64,000 nucleotides of DNA, taken from positions 372,248,001-372,312,000 of the forward strand of contig OZ024743.1 of assembly GCA_964016885.1 (NCBI GenBank), written 5' to 3'. Below the pieces are notes generated by a model. The model did no database searches. It saw only the letters and a program-made list of their open reading frames with translations, and was not told where the DNA came from. Positions 57,901 through 64,000 of the stretch are shown here, piece by piece. Each line of letters begins with the position of its first letter. The stretch's first letter is position 1. The position numbers and the translations under genes are program-made. Source of the DNA: Eledone cirrhosa (lineage: Eukaryota).

Positions 57901-60900
57901 ACAACTACTGTAAGACCACTGTATCAACACCATAGTCACAACTACTGTAAGACCACTGTATCAACACCACTGTCACAACTACTGTAAGACCACTGTATCA
58001 ACACCATAATCACAACTACTGTAAGGCCACTGTATCCACACCATAGTCACAACTACTGTAAGACCAATGTATCAACACCATAGTTACAACTACTGTAAGA
58101 CCACTGTATCAACACCACAGTCACAACTACTGTAAGACCACTGTATCAACACCCCACTCAGAACTACTGTAAGACCACTGTATCAACACCACAGTCACAA
58201 CTACTGTAAGACCACTGTATCAACACCACAGTCACAACTACTGTAAGACTACTGAATCAACACCTCAGTCACAACTACTGTAAGACCACTGTATCAACAC
58301 CATAGTTACAACTACTGTAAGACCACTGTATCAACACCGTAGTCACAACTACTGTAAGACCACTGTATCAACACCATAGTCATAACTACTGTAAGACTAC
58401 TGTATCAACACCATAGTCACAACTACTGTAAGATCACTGTATCAACACCATAGTCACAACTACTGTAAAAAAACTGTATCAACACTATAGTCATAACTAC
58501 CGTAAGACCACTGTATCAACACCATAGTCGTAACTACTGTAAGACCACTGTATCAACACCACAGTCATAACTACTCTAAGACCACTGTATCAACACCATA
58601 GTCACAACTATTGTAAGACCACTGTATCAACACCACAGTCACAACTACTGTAAGACCACAGTATCAACACCATAGTCACAACTACTGTAAGACCACAGTA
58701 TCAACACCATAGTCACAACTACTGTAAGACCACCGTATGAACACCATAGTCATAACTACTGTAAGACCACTGTATCAACACCACAGTCATAACTACTGTA
58801 AGACCACTGTATCAACACCATAGTCATAACTATTGAAAGACCTCCGTATCAATACCATAGTCACAACTACTGTAAGACCACTGTATCAACACCACATTCA
58901 CAACTATTGTAAGACTACTGTATGAACACCATAGTCACAACTACTGTAAGACCACTGTATGAACACCACAGTCACAACTATTGTAAGACCACTGTATCAT
59001 CACCATAGTCGTAACTACTGTAAGACTACTGTATCAACACCATAGTCATAACTACCGTAAGACCACTGTATCAACACCATAGTCATAACTACTGTAAGAC
59101 CACTGTATCAACAGAACAGTCACAACTACTGTAAGACCACTGTATCAACACCACAGTCACAACTACTGTAAGACCACTGTATCAACACCATAGTCACAAC
59201 TACTTTAAGACCACTGTATCAACAACACAGTCACAACTACTCTAAGACCACTGTATCAACACCATAGTCATAACTAACGTAAGACCAATGTATCAACACC
59301 GTAGCCATAACTACTGTAAGACCACTGTATCAACAGAACAGTCAACCTTAGTGTAAGACCACTGTATCAACACCACTGTCACAACTACTGTAAGACCACT
59401 GTATCAACACCATAATCACAACTACTGTAAGGCCACTGTATCAACACCATAGTCATAACTACCGTAAGACCTATGTATCAACACCATAGTCATAACTACT
59501 GTACGGCCACTGTATCAACACCACAGTCATAACTACTGTAAGACCACTGTATCAACAGCATAGTCATAAGACAACTGTATCAACACCATAGTCACAACTA
59601 CAGTAAGGCCACTGTATCAACACCACAGTCATAACTACTCTAAGACCACTGTATCAACACCATAGTCACAACTATTGTAAGACCACTGTATCAACACCAC
59701 AGTCACAACTACAGTAACACCACTGTATCAACACCATAGTCACAACTACTGTAAGACCACAGTATCAACACCATAGTCACAACTACTGTAAGACCATTGT
59801 ATGAACACCATAGTCATAACTACCGTAAGACCTCTGTATCAACACCATAGTCATAACTACTGTACGGCCACTGTATCAACACCACAGTCATAACTACTGT
59901 AAGACCACTGTATCAACACCATAGTCATAACGATTGAAAGTCCTCTGTATGAACACCATAGTCACAACTACTGTAAGACCACTGTATCAACACCACGGCC
60001 ACAACTACTGTAAGACCATTGTATCAACACCACAGTCACAACTATTGTAAGACCACTGTATCAACACCATAGTCACAACTACTGTAAGACCACTGTATGA
60101 ACACCATAGTCATAACTACTGAAAGTCCTCTGTATCAACACCATAGTCACAACTACTGTAAGACCATTGTATCCACACCACAGCCAGAACTACTGTAAGA
60201 CCACTGTATCAACACCACAGTCACAACTATTGTAAGACCACTGTATCATCACCATAGTCATAACTACTGTAAGACTACTGTATCAACACCATAGTCACAA
60301 CTACTGTAAGATCACTGTATCAACACCATATTCACAACTACTGTAAAAACACTGTATCAACACCATAGTCATAACTATTGTAAGACCACTGTATCAACAC
60401 CATAGTCACAACTACTGTAAGATCACTGTATCAACACCATAGTAACAACTACTGTAAGACCACTGTATCAACACCATAGTCATAACTACTGTAAGACCAC
60501 TGTATCAACACCATAGTCATAACTACTGTATGACCACTGTATCAACAGAACAGTCACAACTACTGTAAGACCACTGTATCAACACCATAGTCACACCTAC
60601 TGTAATATCACTGTATCAACACCATAGTAACAACTACTGTAAAACCACTGTATCAACACCATAGTCACAACTACTGTAAGGCCACTGTATCCACACCATA
60701 GTAACAACTACTGTAAGATCACTGTATCAACACCATAGTCACAACTAGTGTAAGACCACTGTATCAACACCATAGTCACAACTACTGAAAGTCCTCTCTA
60801 TCAACACCATAGTTACAACTACTGTAAGACCACTGTATCAACACCATAGTCACAACTACTGTAAGACCACTGTATCAACACCATAGTCATAACTACTGTA

Positions 60901-63900
60901 AGACCACTGTATCAACACCACAGCCACAACTAATGTAAGTCCACTGTATCAACACCATAGTCACAACTACTGTAAGACCACTGTATCAACACCATAGTCA
61001 TAACTACCGTGAGACCACTGTATCAACACTATAGTCACAACTACTGTAAGACCACTGTATCAACACCATAGTCATAACTACCGTAAGACCACTGTATCAA
61101 CAGCATAGTCATAAGACAACTGTATCAACACCACAGACACAACTACTGTAAGACCACTGTATCAACACCACAGTCACAACTATTGTAAGACCACTGTATC
61201 ATCACCATAGTCATAACAACTGTAAGACTACTGTATCAACACCATAGTCACAACTATTGAAAGATCACTGTATCAACACCATATTCACAACTACTGTAAA
61301 AAAACTGTATCAACACCATAGTCATAACTACCGTAAGACAACTGTATCAACACCATAGTCATAACTACTGTAAGACCACTGTATCAACAGAACAGTCACA
61401 ACTACTGTAAGATCACTGTATCAACACCATAGTCACAACTACTGTAAAACCACTGTATCAACACCATAGTCTCAACTACTGTAAGGCCACTGTATCCACA
61501 CCATAGTAACAACTACTGTAAGACCACTGTATCAACACCATAGTCACAACTACTGTAAGACCACTGTATCAACACCATAGTTACAACTACTGTAAGACCA
61601 CTGTATCAACACGATAGTAACAACTACTGTAAGACCACTGTATCAACACCATAGTCATAACTACCGTAAAGCCACTGTATCCACACCATAGTTACAACTA
61701 CTGTAAGACCACTGTATCAACACCACAGTCGCAACTACTGTAAGACCACTGTATCAACACCCCACTCACAACTACTGTAAGACCACTGTATCAACACCAC
61801 AGTCACAACTACTGTAAGACCACTGCATCAACACCATAGTCACAACTACTATAAGACCACTGTATCAACAACACAGTCACAACTACTCTAAGACCACTGT
61901 ATCAACACCATAGTCATAACTAACGTAAGACCAATGTATCAACACCATAGCCATAACTACTGTAAGACCACTGTATCAACAGAAGAGTCAACCTTACTGT
62001 AAGACCACTGTATCAACACCATAGTCACAACTACTGTAAGACCACTGTATCAACACCATAGTCATAACTACCGTGAGACCACTGTATCAACACTATAGTC
62101 ACAACTACTGTAAGACCACTGTATCAACACCATAGTCATAACTAACGTAAGACCACTGTATCAACAGCATAGTCATAAGACAACTGTATCAACACCATAG
62201 TCACAACTACAGTAAGGCCACTGTATCAACACCACAGTCATAACTACTCTAAGACCACTGTATCAACACCATAGTCACAACTACTGTAAGACCACAGTAT
62301 CAACACCATAGTCACAACTACTGTAAGACCACTCTATGAACACCATAGTCATAACTACCGTAAGACCTCTGTATCAACACCATAGTCACAACTACTGTAA
62401 GACCACTGTATCAACACCACAGCCACAACTACTGTAAGACCATTGTATCAACACCACAGTCACATCTATTGTAAGACCACTGTATCAACACCATAGTCAC
62501 AACTACTGTAAGACCATTGTATCCACACCACAGCCACAACTACTGTAAGACCACTGTATCAACACCACAGTCACAACTATTGTAAGACCACTGTATCATC
62601 ACCATAGTCATAACTACTGTAAGACCACTGTATCATCACCATAGTCATAACTACTGTAAGACCACTGTATCAACACCATAGCCATAACTACTGTAAGACC
62701 ATTGTATCCACACCACAGCCACAACTACTGTAAGACCACTGTATCAACACCACAGTCACAACTATTGTAAGACTACTGTATCATCACCATAGTCATAACT
62801 ACTGTAAGACCACTGTATCAACACCATAGTCACAACTACTGTAAGACCACTGTAACAACACCATAGTCACAACTACTGTAAGACCAATGTATCAACACCA
62901 TAGTAACAACTACTGTAAGACCACTGTATCAGCACCATAGTCATAACTACTGTAAGACCACTGTATCAACACCATAGTCATAACTACTGTAAGACCACTG
63001 TATCAACAGAACAGTCACAACTACTATAAGACCACTGTATCAACACCATAGTCACACCTACTGTAAGATCACTGTATCAACACCTTAGTCACAACTACTG
63101 TAAGGCCACTGTATCCACACCATAGTAACAACTACTGTAAGATCACTGTATCAACACCATAGTCACAACTAGTGTAAGACCACTGTATCAACACCATAGT
63201 CACAACTACTGAAAGTCCTCTCTATCAACACCATAGTTACAACTACTGTAAGACCACTGTATCAACACCATAGTCACAACTACTGTAAGACCACTGTATC
63301 AACACCATAGTCATAACTACTGTAAGACCACTGTATCAACACCACAGCCACAACTAATGTAAGTCCACTGTATCAACACCATAATCACAACTACTGTAAG
63401 ACCACTGTATCAACACCATAGTCATAACTACCGTGAGACCCCTGTATCAACACTATAGTCACAACTACTGTAAGACCACTGTATCAACACCATAGTCATA
63501 ACTACCGTAAGACCACTGTATCAACAGCATAGTCATAAGACAACTGTATCAACACCATAGTCACAACTACAGTAAGACCACTGTATCAACACCATAGTCA
63601 CAACTACTGTAAGACCACAGTATCAACACCATAGTCACAACTACTGTAAGACCACTGTATGAACACCATAGTCATAACTACCGTAAGACCTCTGTATCAA
63701 CACCATAGTCATAACTACTGTAAGACCACTGTATCAACACCACAGTCATAACTACTGTAAGACCACTGTATCAACACCATAGTCATAACTATTGAAAGTC
63801 CTCTGTATCAACACCATAGTCACAACTACTGTAAGACCACTGTATCAACACCACAGCCACAACTACTGTAAGACCACTGTATCAACACCACAGTCACAAC

Positions 63901-64000
63901 TATTGTAAGACCACTGTATCATCACCATAGTCATAACTACTGTAAGACTACTGTATCAACACCATAGTCACAACTACTGTAAGATCACTGTATCAACAAC
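9971..64000. repeat. 37-bp tandem satellite array, at least 54 kb and ~1,460 units, open at the window end
   Basis: Period is 37 (ACAACTACTG at 9991 and 10028). Consensus GTATCAACACCATAGTCACAACTACTGTAAGACCACT (A14 C11 T8 G4). Single orientation, no foreign insertions seen. Common dimorphisms are CCATAG/CCACAG and CACAAC/CATAAC. The ORF track has no ORF within the array. Confidence 0.99.
10197..26366. repeat. 8,064-bp higher-order tandem duplication (218 units; copies ~10197-18260 and ~18261-26324)
   Basis: Rare variants recur at exactly +8064: GATC 10237/18301, GGCAAC 10311/18375, TTCGTC 10921/18985, ACCATGTATC 11681/19745, AAGCAC 16127/24191, TCTCAAC 18161/26225. 218x37 minus two 1-bp deletions equals 8064. 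Confidence 0.93.

Noticed and set aside
9971-64000. CRISPR array (37-bp repeat length is CRISPR-like)
   Set aside because: Units are directly head-to-tail with no unique spacers, there are no cas genes, and the context is eukaryotic retroelement DNA.
9971-64000. Thr/Val-rich mucin-like coding repeat
   Set aside because: 37 is not a multiple of 3, so every frame cycles through the unit's stops (TAG and TAA on +; TAG and TGA on -). The ORF track shows no ORF inside the array.
9971-64000. Telomerase-synthesised telomeric repeat
   Set aside because: No TTAGGG-type unit. Kilobase-scale copying of variant strings indicates recombination or replication-based expansion, not templated addition.

Overview
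Eukaryotic, non-genic, repeat-dense window. The tRNA-derived SINE resembles the family I associate with octopus genomes, so a cephalopod origin is inferred but not verified. No host protein-coding gene is supported. The first ~10 kb is a patchwork of decayed retroelements. It holds a minus-strand R4/Dong-type non-LTR retrotransposon (1-~2110), three SINE fragments, two AT-rich fold-back repeats, a 5'-truncated Penelope-like element (PLE; RT plus C-terminal GIY-YIG) spanning ~4595-8030, and a probable 3' LTR with polypurine tract (8306-8630). The best mechanistic signal is in the PLE. Its 3' end folds into a type I hammerhead ribozyme with an unusually long stem II, and the inverted copy of that end (7866-8030) stops exactly at the predicted cleavage nucleotide. 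From 9971 to the window end (~54 kb, ~1,460 units) lies a non-coding 37-bp tandem satellite, consensus GTATCAACACCATAGTCACAACTACTGTAAGACCACT, built from three 11-14 bp sub-repeats. It shows nested higher-order structure: an apparently exact 8,064-bp tandem duplication, ~2.8-kb and ~4.9-kb tandem blocks, a block repeated ~19.7 kb apart, and a variant string shared only by the left edge and the distal ~10 kb. All alignments were done by eye.
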